Below are positions 12,001 through 21,078 of a stretch of 64,000 bases of DNA, one piece after another. Within the stretch, counting starts at the first letter, position 1. Every line of letters starts with the position of its first letter. Source of the DNA: Amoebophrya sp. A120 (taxonomy: Eukaryota; Protista; Dinoflagellata). The stretch covers positions 2,015,888 through 2,079,887 of the forward strand of contig CAJINV010000014.1 in assembly GCA_905178155.1 (NCBI GenBank). Direction: 5' to 3'. The translations under genes were made by a program, and so were the position numbers. The notes beneath the pieces are model-generated. The model was not told the DNA's origin, searched no databases, and was given only the letters and a program-made list of their open reading frames with translations.

Positions 12001-15000
12001 AGGACAACCGCATTTCAAATCCACCTGCTTATCCTGTTTACAGCATTACAAATTCCAAAACGCGGATGGAAATGCCTCCCATGGAGATGCGCATTACAAA
12101 TTTTCCTGATGAATCGCAAATCTGCATGACAACTATGGAGGGGTGGGGACGTTTTTACTCAGGATACCCTGCCCCATGTAGTCAAAGGGCTGGGTGTATC
12201 CTGTGCAAAAGTATCGTACTCGTACTAATTGCTTTTATGCATTACAAATCTTTTTCGAAAGACAATTCCGCATTACAAATTTAATTTGTAATGCTGAGGT
12301 AATTTGTATTGCAATTTATACTAGTACGATGCTTTTGCAGTTGATAGGGTGACCGTGTCCACCGTCCATTCCACAGTGTTCAGGCCGTAATTTGCTAGGT
12401 CCATCTGCGTATCCTGTGCAAAAGTAATATCGCACTCATACTAGTACAACTACTGATCATCGGAAGACTGCATGACAAATCTTTACCTGGATCTGCGTGA
12501 CAAACTGCTACTGCAACTCTCTTCTTAAGAAAATCCGTCATGCGAATCATACTACTGCGATATTAATACTTTTGCAATGCATACTGTGCGTCGTGTGTGT
12601 CCTCGTCTTTCACGAAATTGACGTACCCGAAGTCTCCGTCCCCAAAGTCAAAATCCCAGTCCTTGTCCCACTGGATGTCAAAGCCGAGTGCGCTTTCAAT
12701 AAGATTTGCCTATCCAGTGTAAATATGCCTGAGTCCTCTGAAACAATTCTGTCGTGACACTGACAGCTCAGCCTGATTGTGATTGACAACTAAATTTATA
12801 TTTATTGCAGCCCAGCATGATCCATCGATCATGAGAGCGAGGTTTTCCAACGCTCTTTCTGAAGACCACACGAGCAAGGATTACAAAATTTAAATTCCGC
12901 TTTTACAATTCAAAAACAGCGTCGCGTGTAGTATCAATCGCCACTCAGCATGTGCATGACGGATGATAGTACACGCGCTACTTCATTTGTTGATGTTGGC
13001 CACACAAGACCGATTCTACAGGGAAAAAAAACAAAGCGCGAAGCAAACATGGCAAGTGCTACTTCCCCGAACCCAGAGATTATATTCACGCTGGATATTG
13101 TATCCAGGAAAAAACATCACCCATCCCCATCCACTTTGTCATGCAAAACATGCACAAGCTGCGGTGTTTGTCATCCAAAAAATGGCTGGGGATGGGTGTT
13201 ATTTTTTCCTGGATATATTGCTGGTGCTTCGACGATGTCATATCAAACAAAAAAGTTGTGTTAACGTTCACGGTTTTCACAGAATGAAGTCACGCGTGAC
13301 AGATCTAGCCTAATCTGCATGCTATACATGACAAATGAATTTGGGCACGTTTTGTGGTCGTGCGTCATTGCATCACAAATTCCGCTAAGGTTAACACTTT
13401 TTCTGTGATATGTCATCGGCGGTGTCCACCAAGAAGTCGCGGCCCTGGGGAACGAGGTGTGATGCCTCGCCCCATGCACCGCCCAAATCGTGCTGTACAA
13501 AAAGTTCGTTTCCTACGTGTGGAAGCGCCAGGCTCGAAATCGACGAAAGTGAGACAACTTACAACGCATGCAGCCGCTACATACCGGTTGATCATGGGCG
13601 ATCACCTTGAACTTCAGCTTCTAAGCGTCGCAAAGCAATATTTTGGAAGCTCCTGAAAGAATCCGACTCACCGCAGTTGTGTTGGCGGCAAACGCGAATG
13701 CTTTTCTAGCGTTGGACCAGAAGTGTCCCTATTGCTACCTCTTGCGGATAGATGTGAAACAGGTGTGCAAACTTCTAAAACTGCATCGATCTGGCCGCGT
13801 TTTGGCACCGCGGTCCGCCTCCTCGGCGCTCTTTTTTTCTAGTCTTTGGTCTCGGGGTGCCGCGCTCGGTTTTTTTTAGCGGAGTCGCTCATGGCAGATT
13901 TTGCCGCAGCGCCGAAAATTATAAACATGGGGCGCCGGCCCTTTTTTCTATGAAAGCACGAGAGGCGAAGCGAGTAGGATAACCTTCTCCGCGCGCGCAG
14001 CGCGCGCGAAAATTTTGTTTCACCTCGCCCCCACTGACGCGGATTTTTTTTCTCTGGTTCCGCCCGGCGGCAGGCCGGCAGCAGCTGTGAGGCACCCGCG
14101 CGGCAGCTGTGCAACAGCCCGCGCAGCAGCCGGAATCAGGTGCGCAACAAGTGCGCAACAAGTGTGCAACAAGTGTGCAACAAGTGCGGATGGGTGTGAA
14201 ATAAGTCCGTTTTCTTTTAGAAAAAGACTTACTTCACACCTATCCGCACTTGTTGCGCACTTGTTGCGCACTTGTTGCACACTTATTGCGCACTTATTGC
14301 GCACTTATTTCACACCTCTCTCACACCTGTGTAACATTTGTCGCGAGCCTGCCCCCAACCGGCCTCACACCTGTCTCGCAGCCGTGCCGCAGGTCCCGCG
14401 CAGCGCACCCTGCGTTGGGGCCGGGCTGTTGCACGGCTGTCGCACAGCTGACCGCGAGGCCTCTCTTTTGCCGCCCGCGAAAAAGTTTGGGGGCCGGGGG
14501 CCTGGCTCTTGACCCGGGCCCGGTGAACCGGTCGGCCCGCGCTCGCCCTAGGCAACCCGAACGCGCGACGGCCCGCGACCACGGGTCTAGCCGACTACTT
14601 CTCGCCGCGTTGTGCATTGTGAAAACGCGACGGCCCATGCGGAACGGGCCACCCCTTTCGTCATGGAAGCTCCTGAAAGAATCCGACTCACCGCAGTTGT
14701 GTTGGCGGCAAACGCGATTGCTTTTCAAGTGCTTGTTTGCGGTAGTTCCTTCCACTTGCACTTCTAAACCTCGGCAAGCTAAGGCTTACTACAACAGCAG
14801 GCCTCGCTTGCCTACTCGCCAATACAGGAGGTTTGTGCTATTAAGCACGACTTTGATTTATTTTATGGGATGCAAAGCTCTTTCAATTTTGACGATTTCA
14901 AACCTGACGCTTCCATAAAACGGATACGGTACCCTGTGCAAACATTTCCACGGGTTTTGCAAGTTGCTCACCAACGTCAAGGACGTTCTCAAGGTTGTTC

Positions 15001-18000
15001 ACCACTGCGTCTTTTATCCAAGAAAAAAACGTTGTTAGTGTAAATTTGTGATGCGCAACCTGCAATATGATTGCGTCTGTCATGCTTGGCATGCATCGTA
15101 GGGCCCATTAAAAGGCGTTTTCACGTACTACCTGCGCATGACAGGTTTTTGCTGTCATGCCAGGCAAATTTGTAATGCTGTTGCTCCAAAAAAGTTACAC
15201 CTACAATGTTTTTTTCTTGGATATCTTTCGCACCAAATGTAGTAACCCACCCCATCCCGAACAAGGTATCTCCGATGTCGCCCGGCATGTCGCCTATATT
15301 GTCAATAAAGCCCTGCTTCGCTTTAGTTCCCTGCCTCCCGGAGGTTCCCTGCCTCGCTGTTTCCTGCCTCGCTGTTTCCTGCCTCGCTGTTTCCTGCCTC
15401 GCTGTTTCCTGCGTCGCTGTTTCCTGCCTCGCTACCTCCGTGTGCGTTCCAGTGGACGTCTCGAGGAAGGTATCCTGTGCAAAAGTACAGCGCTCGTATA
15501 TAAAAATGCACTACAAATTTTCTCAGCATGAGAAATAAAATTTGTAATGCGGATTTACCTAACGAAAAAGATTTGTATGTAATGAATGCCTGCAATTACT
15601 ACGAGTACGATACTTTTGCAGTTCATAGAAGGATGACGCGGGCGCGGCTGCTTCCTCCTGGGTGGCTGCTTCCTCCTGAGCTTGTTGCGTCTCCTTCCTG
15701 CGTATCAAATGTAAAAATGTCTGGGTCTGGAAGAATGCAACTTGTCATGCTAAATCTAAATGATGCAAAAATCTGTGTTGCGTAAGTGCAAAAAGCTGTC
15801 CGCTTTTGACCAAGTCGAGAGGGAGTTTCTCATGCAGGAAAGGCATGATAGAGACCTCCTCAAAAAATCTGTCATGGTGGGTCTCGCATTCCAGACCTCA
15901 TGGGTCATGGAAAACCTGCATCACAAATCTTGCATTCTTCCAGACCCAGACATTTTTACATTTGATACTGCGCATGGCTGCCGTACCGCGAAACCGGTAT
16001 CTCGGCTGGGCTGCAGCGGCATCAGGTAGTGCTAGATCATGATCGTCACCTCTTCCCGGAAGAACGACCTCCGACGCCGTCTCCCTATAATTTTCTTGAT
16101 GTTCCCCCTCCGTTTCACTGCTGCTCGCAATCTTGCCCTTCATCAAATAAACATCGCCGAAAGGAGGAGCATGGGGATCCTCGAGCGCCGGTACTACTTC
16201 TCCTTCATGGTCGCTCGGGGGTTCATCTTGCTTCTCTTCCCTATTCGTTGCAAGAACATCATCGGACGGAACAGCGTGGTCTTCACTGTGGCTCCTCTGT
16301 TGTAGTGCAGCCAACCTCGCACTCCCACGCAGGTTATTTTTCCGATGAATCTTCTTCGTCGTTGCCGCGGTTGCCGTTGCGCCACCAGCAGAAACTACTC
16401 CGTCTGACGACCACGAAGACCACGGAAAAAGAGCGGAAGACCCTACTTCTCGCCAATTATGGTTGCGCTAGGTCGTTGGGAATCGGCAAGATGGAAATGG
16501 CATGCAAGGATGTAAAAGATTGAAGATACCGGCCGGGCTACAATTTCTCGAAGCGGCCGCGCACGACAGATTTAGGGTTCGTCTTTATCCAACTTGCATT
16601 TGCCATGCTGCTTGGACGAGCAAAGCAGACGACTTCTGTCGTGCACTTCTATCACTAACACCAAATTATAACAGGCTGCAATCGACCTCAAATGCCATCA
16701 CTGCACGACAGGCTGCACTCTGTGCCTCACATTTCATGCATCGCCAATCTTTTCCTCTTTGTCGATATCCACCAATCTGACGCTGCCATACCGAGCTTTA
16801 TTGTCGTAGTGCTCGTCCTCGTCCGGTGCATACAGATTTTTGATGTGCAGATTATTGTACAAGGAGCTCCTCCTGGAGGTTTTAGCGCCAGCCGCGCGAG
16901 GCAAGCCGCTCGTGGTACTCGTACTGAAGGGTCGCGCAGATCTATCACAGGAAAAAACTGCTTCACTGCAAGGATTTTATACGCAACTTTTGCACGACCA
17001 TCACTAGTTTGTGCAAAACTTGCAATACTTCGGCTCTTCTACTTGTGCCGCTGTGTTGTTGCATATAATTATGCATCCTCTGCATGACTAAGCACATCAA
17101 GTCTACGGTGAAAGAGTTTTTTCCCTACGATACGATGCTAGAAGTTGCACCGCGTCGATATCTTCGCTGTATCTGTTTACTGAATAATTCAGATCTCTTT
17201 GCCCGGCGTGGGGGGTCTCCTCACTATCGTGCCCGTCACTTCGCATCATCACGGCGGCTCGCCTCCGCGCCCGCCGCGCTAGCACCTCCCGCAGCGCGTA
17301 CGCTTGTCGCAGCTTCCGCTTCAGCCGCCGGATCTTCAGCGCCCGTCGAAGCACGAACATGGTTATGAGAACCAAGTACAAAGCATCCAAGGAAAAAACT
17401 GTCTCAGAAGTCTCAAATCTTTGCAGACTCACTATTAAGGCAACACGAATTTCAGTTTCGGTTTAGCATGACACACAAATAAACTTGTGAAGTGTCAGTA
17501 GACTACACATGCCTGCGATAAAAGCATACCTGGCAGACACCTTTCATCTTGAATGTGCAGAAGCATGACAAAAAACTGAAAGTTAGTGTCTTAAGCAGCG
17601 TTTGCATTACAAGTTGGGACTGAGACATTTTTCTTTCGTGATACAAAGTGACGATCACTTTCCACCAGGAGAAGCGCGAGGAGGATGTTGACCGCCGTGA
17701 TTGCAGCTTCATCTGCTTCTTATCATCTTCTTCACAAAAAGTACCTCGCCTCTGCAGGTGCGACGCTCCTGCTCCTTCTGCTGGAAAAGAGCGTTCATCT
17801 GCTCCCGTGGAGGTGCTCGGTCCGGTACTAGACAGCGCTGGTGCTGTTGTGGCGTTGTAGGTAGTTGCACCGTCCTCCACTGCGCTGATCGCGCTGGTCT
17901 CACCACCTAGCGCATCACCGCGGCTGTTTGCTCGGTCCGCATCAGCATCCCATGGATGTTGTAGCTCGAGTTGCAGCGGCGCAGTCAGCGACTCCTCATT

Positions 18001-19590
18001 GTTTGTGCTTCCTGCTCGAAAATGGGCGGGTCTCTTGTCGCACATCAGTTCCTTCCACCAGCGAAAAGACAACAAACGTCTACGACGCGATGAAAGAAGA
18101 GTCCTCGTCGAAAAAGTAGTTGTAGTTTCTGCAGCCCGAGGATCGTCATCCTTGCTGCGAACAAAGGAACTGCGCATCATCATCAGGTGTCGCCGTAAAC
18201 AACTTGGCAAGCAGCAGCTTGTTGCGCGGCTTGCGGAAGCAGGTGCAACTTCTTCGGGCGGGACTTCATCTACACGGGGACGAGGCGACGTCACAGCACT
18301 CTTGGAGGAGCTCTTCTTTTTTTTCTTTTTCTTCTGTGAGTTACTGTGAGCTGCCTTCGTTTTTGTTACTCGAGTTACGGTGTCCGGCGGAATCATTGGT
18401 TCTCGATTGTACAACTGCAGCTCCCCCTGGCGCGGCTGGTCTTGCGTAGCAGAGGACTGGTAGCGGTCGACCTGGTGCTGCACCGCTGGACCTCCGCTTC
18501 TACTTGGATTTGGATTTGCAGCAGGGTGCTGTACTAGATCTGCAGCAGTACTATGGCGCTCTCAAGCGTTAGAATCAATGAAATGATCCCTGTAGAAGTT
18601 AGATGAAGATTTTGTATATGGTTCAAGAGTCGCAGACGCAAAAGCCTGGACCACGACCACTTTATCTTTAAATTCAATATATACGCTCGTTGCATTTATA
18701 CAAATGTGGTGGACGTAGAATCTTCAAGAAAAAATCGCACCTTGCATTTATGCAAAAAATCAAAAAAATACATAGCGATCGCGCAACGGCAATACATAGC
18801 GATCAGTCAGCACCAGTGTGTTAACGCTTGTGATGAGAACGCCATACACAGTACACGTCGAAGCGGAAACTTTTCCTCCGGCCACTTGGACATCATTTTT
18901 CGTCTCGTGACGGTACTCATCATGTTGTTGCAAGTGGATCGGAACCCTCTCCAAACTTGTACTGGATGTGCTGGAGTTGTTGTTCCTGTTCCTATTTTGA
19001 TTTTGTTGCACACTAACACTAGCCATGCCTGTCGCCCCTTGCTCCTTGTCAACGGTGGTGGTCTCGCGTGCAGCATCTCCTCCTGAACGAGCGGCCGAAA
19101 CGCCTTTGTTGCGATGATCTGCATGATCTGATGTGCAAACTACGGACTGCAGTGCGTCGTGTCGAGGCACGATCGTCGAGGAGATGTAGTTGGGCACCTC
19201 CTCCGACCTCCTGAAATTACCATGTTCTGCGCCCGGTCGTGCTGACAGGGCCGCAGTGGAGGCTGTCGCGCTCCTCGCGCTCGTCATCCTCTCTTCAGCT
19301 AGTGCAGCTGTTCGAGGACGTACTAGATCTCCATCTAATTCGGGCTCGGCGATCACAGCTGTCGCCTGAGCGGGGGCTAGCTGAATCGTGCTGCTGTTTG
19401 ATGTGCTCTTTCTTGTGGTCATTTCTGACTCGACGACAAGAACTTGATCCGTCATAATTCCTTTTCTCCCGCTTACAATCTTCTTGTGCACGTCCGATTC
19501 CATGATGGGTAGTCGTTCTCGCTCCCACTTCGGAAGATGTGCAGAGTTTCTGGCTTCTGCGACGTCCACCACTTCGCGAGGAAAGGCTGA
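1..19590 (-). CDS. Large multi-exon hypothetical protein (>2,200 aa in window; low-complexity N-terminal part, one predicted TM helix, long acidic/coiled-coil region); 46 introns; 3' end lies outside the window, 5' end uncertain
   Basis: Removing each TIR element plus one 5-bp repeat gives one stop-free frame by manual translation, e.g. ...SWWKVIVTL|YLVLITMFVLRRALK...PESGV|APLQERLDK...NGRE|LENDKFCQ.... No known domain recognised. Confidence 0.85.
189..373. mobile_element. Introner, family A (TATnnnnTGCAAAAGTATCGTACTCGTA)
   Basis: TIR; TSD ACTCG/ACTCG; internal (CAT)n expansion; removal restores frame. Confidence 0.95.
444..706. mobile_element. Introner, family B (TATCAAATGCAAAAATGTCTGGGTCTGGAAG)
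   Basis: About 30-bp perfect TIR; TSD ACTCC/ACTCC; frame restored. Confidence 0.95.
820..1177. mobile_element. Introner, decayed B-like
   Basis: TATGCATTGCA...TGCAATGCATA; repeat GCGTT at 806-810 and 1178-1182 (9-nt offset); frame restored. Confidence 0.8.
1264..1424. mobile_element. Introner, family A (opposite orientation)
   Basis: TATCCTGTGCAAAAG...TTTTGCAATTCATA; TSD AGCGC. Confidence 0.93.
1549..1872. mobile_element. Introner, family C
   Basis: Imperfect TIR (CCCTCCCCATATCGA/TCGATGTGGGGAGGG); TSD CCCCG. Confidence 0.88.
1965..2113. mobile_element. Introner, family A
   Basis: TIR; TSD GGCAC. Confidence 0.95.
2209..2376. mobile_element. Introner, family D (TATCACAGGAAAAAGTG..AACGTT)
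   Basis: TIR; TSD GTCTT. Confidence 0.93.
2465..2587. mobile_element. Introner, family E (TATCCAGGAAAAAACACCCATCCCC)
   Basis: TIR; TSD CCCCG. Confidence 0.93.
2656..2925. mobile_element. Introner, family B
   Basis: TGTCAAATG...CACTTGATA; TSD CGCTC. Confidence 0.92.
2996..3266. mobile_element. Introner, family F (TATGGCGTTCTCAA)
   Basis: 14-bp perfect TIR; TSD TCGTC. Confidence 0.92.
3384..3639. mobile_element. Introner, family B
   Basis: TIR; TSD TCCCC. Confidence 0.92.
3817..4144. mobile_element. Introner, family G (TATGG..GCGTCAGGATCGAAATCGACAAAGTTGAAAT)
   Basis: TIR; TSD GTGCA. Confidence 0.92.
4201..4309. mobile_element. Introner, family E
   Basis: TIR; TSD CCAGG/CCAAG. Confidence 0.9.
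4455..4754. mobile_element. Introner, family B
   Basis: TIR core ATGTCTGGGTCTGGA; TSD CTGCT. Confidence 0.9.
4811..4956. mobile_element. Introner, family A
   Basis: TIR; TSD CGTTC. Confidence 0.95.
5175..5527. mobile_element. Introner, family B
   Basis: TIR; TSD GATTG. Confidence 0.93.
5729..6039. mobile_element. Introner, family G
   Basis: TIR; TSD CACGT/CGCGT; interior similar to 3817-4144. Confidence 0.9.
6186..6466. mobile_element. Introner, family H (TATCCACAGTAAATTTCCCG)
   Basis: Imperfect TIR; TSD CAGCG; frame restored. Confidence 0.85.
6541..7117 (-). other. Non-canonical intron without recognisable TIR
   Basis: Flanked by direct repeat GCCCT; removal joins ...DMREG|AKIQAD... in frame. 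Confidence 0.7.
7191..7497. mobile_element. Introner, family B (diverged)
   Basis: TIR; TSD TGCTC/TGGTC. Confidence 0.88.
7565..7865. mobile_element. Introner, family B (diverged)
   Basis: Imperfect TIR; TSD TAGTC/TAGCT; frame restored. Confidence 0.82.
8136..8409. mobile_element. Introner, family B
   Basis: TIR; TSD TCATG. Confidence 0.92.
8868..9089. mobile_element. Introner, family I (TATGAGAGTGCACAACTCCCCCTCCCCCTC)
   Basis: TIR; TSD GTTCG. Confidence 0.93.
9190..9556. mobile_element. Introner, I-like (decayed)
   Basis: TATGAGAG...TTCTCATA; TSD decayed but removal of element plus 5 nt keeps frame. Confidence 0.78.
9580..9897. mobile_element. Introner, F-like (decayed)
   Basis: TATGGCGTACTCAG / CTGAGCACGTCGTA; no TSD match left, frame kept with +5 nt. 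Confidence 0.7.
9914..10127. mobile_element. Introner, family E2 (TATTCCCTGAAAATT)
   Basis: 15-bp perfect TIR; TSD GATGC/GATGT. Confidence 0.9.
10285..10452. mobile_element. Introner, A-like (decayed)
   Basis: TGTGCATTGCAAAA...TTTTGCAATGGATA; TSD CCTCT/CCACG; frame kept. Confidence 0.8.
10522..10764. mobile_element. Introner, family B
   Basis: TIR; TSD GTCAT/GGCCT; frame kept. Confidence 0.88.
10829..11034. mobile_element. Introner, family J
   Basis: AGAAAAAAAGTTCGTCAC / GTGACAAACTTTTTTCT; TSD GCTGT/ACTGT. Confidence 0.85.
11047..11223. mobile_element. Introner, family H
   Basis: End TTACTGTGGATA is the reverse complement of the 6186 start; TSD CAAAG. Confidence 0.85.
11348..11619. mobile_element. 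Introner, family B
   Basis: TIR; TSD CCTGA/GCTGG; frame kept. Confidence 0.87.
11664..11816. mobile_element. Introner, family A (opposite orientation)
   Basis: TIR; TSD CCCGC/CTCCC; frame kept. Confidence 0.88.
11872..12166. mobile_element. Introner, family K
   Basis: GTAAAAACGTCC / GGACGTTTTTAC; TSD CGGTG/CCCTG; frame kept. Confidence 0.82.
12197..12346. mobile_element. Introner, family A (opposite orientation)
   Basis: TIR; TSD GGGTG. Confidence 0.93.
12410..12583. mobile_element. Introner, A-like
   Basis: TIR; TSD CTGCG/CTGTG. Confidence 0.88.
12711..13097. mobile_element. Introner (TATCCAG...CTGGATA) whose right TSD is interrupted by a second element
   Basis: TIR; left TSD TTGCC, right TSD reconstructs to TTGCT after removing 13101-13215. 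Confidence 0.82.
13101..13215. mobile_element. Introner, family E, inserted across the end of the previous element
   Basis: TIR; TSD TATTG at 13096-13100 and 13216-13220. Confidence 0.92.
13241..13410. mobile_element. Introner, family D
   Basis: TIR; TSD TGTCA. Confidence 0.9.
13644..14729. repeat. About 66-bp direct repeat pair (13644-13709, 14664-14729) bracketing the insert
   Basis: TGGAAGCTCCTGAAAGAATCCGACTCACCGCAGTTGTGTTGGCGGCAAACGCGA... twice, 1020 bp apart, 2 mismatches. Confidence 0.93.
14138..14306. repeat. Long palindrome whose arms contain 11-bp tandem repeats
   Basis: (GTGYGCAACAA)x4...GCGGATGGGTGTGAAATAAGTC / GACTTACTTCACACCTATCCGC...(TTRTTGCRCAC)x5; centre near 14217. Confidence 0.93.
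15015..15223. mobile_element. Introner, family L (TATCCAAGAAAAAAAC)
   Basis: TIR; TSD TCTTT. Confidence 0.92.
15349..15434 (-). repeat. Coding 15-bp tandem repeat, (ARQET)n
   Basis: CTGCCTCGCTGTTTC units; ARQET is the frame continuous with the flanking exons. Confidence 0.85.
15471..15627. mobile_element. Introner, family A (opposite orientation)
   Basis: TIR; TSD GAAGG. Confidence 0.94.
15703..15967. mobile_element. Introner, family B
   Basis: TIR of more than 35 bp; TSD CTGCG. Confidence 0.95.
16458..16790. mobile_element. Introner, decayed
   Basis: TATGGTTGCG / CGCTGCCATA; TSD CCAAT/CCGAG; frame kept. Confidence 0.68.
16943..17132. mobile_element. Introner, D-like
   Basis: TATCACAGGAAAAAAC / GTTTTTTCCCTACGATA; TSD AGATC/CGATG; frame kept. 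Confidence 0.78.
17384..17643. mobile_element. Introner interrupting the TM-coding segment
   Basis: Imperfect TIR (TGTCTCAG/CTGAGACA); TSD CAAAG. Confidence 0.85.
18552..18846. mobile_element. Introner, family F
   Basis: TATGGCGCTCTCA / TGAGAACGCCATA; repeat AGTAC with 3-nt offset on the right. Confidence 0.85.
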
Positions 19591-21078
19591 TATGCACTGT
19601 CTGGGCCAAAACTGCAGCGGGAGAAGCTCAGGCTCGCAAGAAGAAGTTGCACGTACAATTCCTCGTGCACAAGAAAGAGCAAGCGACGATCCCTTGGTAG
19701 TTCAAATTTTCGCGAAATAATTCCTCGTTGTTTTTGTTTTGCGGTCTCTTCGTAGATAGTACACACCGTTAGGGTAGTTGGAATGAAGAAGAAGTAGATG
19801 CTACTCAACGAACTGGTACTGAGTCGCCATAATTAGTAGTAAAGCTTTCGTGGCGACTTGAAAACGAAACTTCGCAGATATGATTTTCTAGTTCCCAATC
19901 GCAATCCCATCTTCAGCTAAAGCTGCTGCCAGATCATGCTACAGGAACGTGCTTAGTCGTATTTACTAGTACTTATTAGCAAACTCGAGTCGAGGAAATG
20001 CAGCAGAGCACGAAGATGAATATGAATTTTTCATATCGAGCACTTCTACATTTTTTCTTGTGGACAAGTGGAAATTGATGTTGATTCTGGAGCTAGACAA
20101 AGTCAAAGTCTGTCAAAGCGGACGCATACATTACTGTCTTACTTTACGTAACGAGTAGCGATTTGTCTTCCTTCGCTCGGAAGTAGCCATCGGTGGTTCT
20201 TTGTAGTCGAGTTTTCTGTTTGCTGCGACTCCGACTGCGATCCCTAGTGACACTGAGACGATGTTCCGACAGATTTGAGCAGATTTTCTTCCCTCGTTGT
20301 TTTTCATTTTCTCCCTAGCTATCTCGACTACAACGACTTCGACAGCTGGCGTGTGCAGCTTTCTCTCTACTTCTCTGTGCTTCCGCACGCGAAGCACACA
20401 TAATAGACGAAGATGATCGATCATGCACGCGAAGAGCCTGGAACGAAGCAATAAAAAGAACGACCTGCAAAATAGAACAATCATCATCCTGGTGATGATC
20501 ATCTTCCTTGCTCTATTACGAGGACGATAGGGGTGACGACAACGACGAACACTCAATCTGTCTTGAACAATCCGCACGGGAGACAATAAAGCCTGCGAGC
20601 AGCTACATCTCCCCCACGGATTGCACAAGAACTGAAGCATGCGCGATTATGTGGGTTGCCATGCACTCTGCAAAAGCTTTACCACGCTGGCTAGGATCAT
20701 CTTTAGAGCTGCAATCGTATAGGTGCATGAAAACAAGTGGTAGAGAAAAATGATGTTCCCAGGAGGACCAGAAATGTCCGAAATGATCAATGAAGAGCGA
20801 GGATCCGAAAAGTGAAGCAAAACGTGTTCTACTTCTCCACGGCAAGAAGAGGAGAGCAAAAGAAGTCTATCTTATGCTACGGCTCGTCCTTGCTTGTCCA
20901 GTTGCTGTCCAGCTGCAGCTTCTTTCTGCCTGTATCATCATCTGCATTTCGAGGACACGGACCTGATAATCCTGCTCTGGGAGAAAAACGACAACATGAA
21001 GACCTGTCAACACTTTTGTTGCAGACCTGTCAACACTTTTGTTGACCACCCTGCATGTTGATCCCCAACATAATAAAT

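Larger units (their letters stand above)
13518..14917. mobile_element. Family G introner expanded to 1.4 kb by an internal GC-rich insert
   Basis: G-type ends TGTGGAAGCGCCAGG.../...CCTGACGCTTCCATA; TSD CTACG/AAACG; frame kept. Confidence 0.82.

Noticed and set aside
14015-14918. ORFs of 146-222 aa in the GC-rich insert
   Set aside because: They arise from tandem and palindromic GC-rich sequence on both strands, with no protein-like features.
14930-14945. TACCCTGTGCAAAC as the start of a family A element
   Set aside because: No partner end follows and the sequence reads in frame as exon (EMFAQGT).
15323-15595. (EAGNS)n repeat ORF
   Set aside because: It starts inside an introner and ends in a stop; the ARQET frame is the one continuous with both neighbouring exons.
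189-15967. CRISPR-like array (recurring ~30-bp sequences between unique stretches)
   Set aside because: The repeats are inverted pairs bounding 110-390 bp elements, spacing is irregular, the unique stretches are in-frame exons, and no cas genes are seen.
293-15967. Recurring ORF peptides such as FQTQTFLHLI, SNAKMSGSG, SCAKVSYSY and YPVQKYRTR as a protein repeat family
   Set aside because: They are translations of TIR sequence in various frames and strands.
184-18854. A universal G or GT at a fixed position of the TSD acting as donor
   Set aside because: Several TSDs have no G on the transcript strand (CAATC, CACCC, CAATA), and G position varies in the others.
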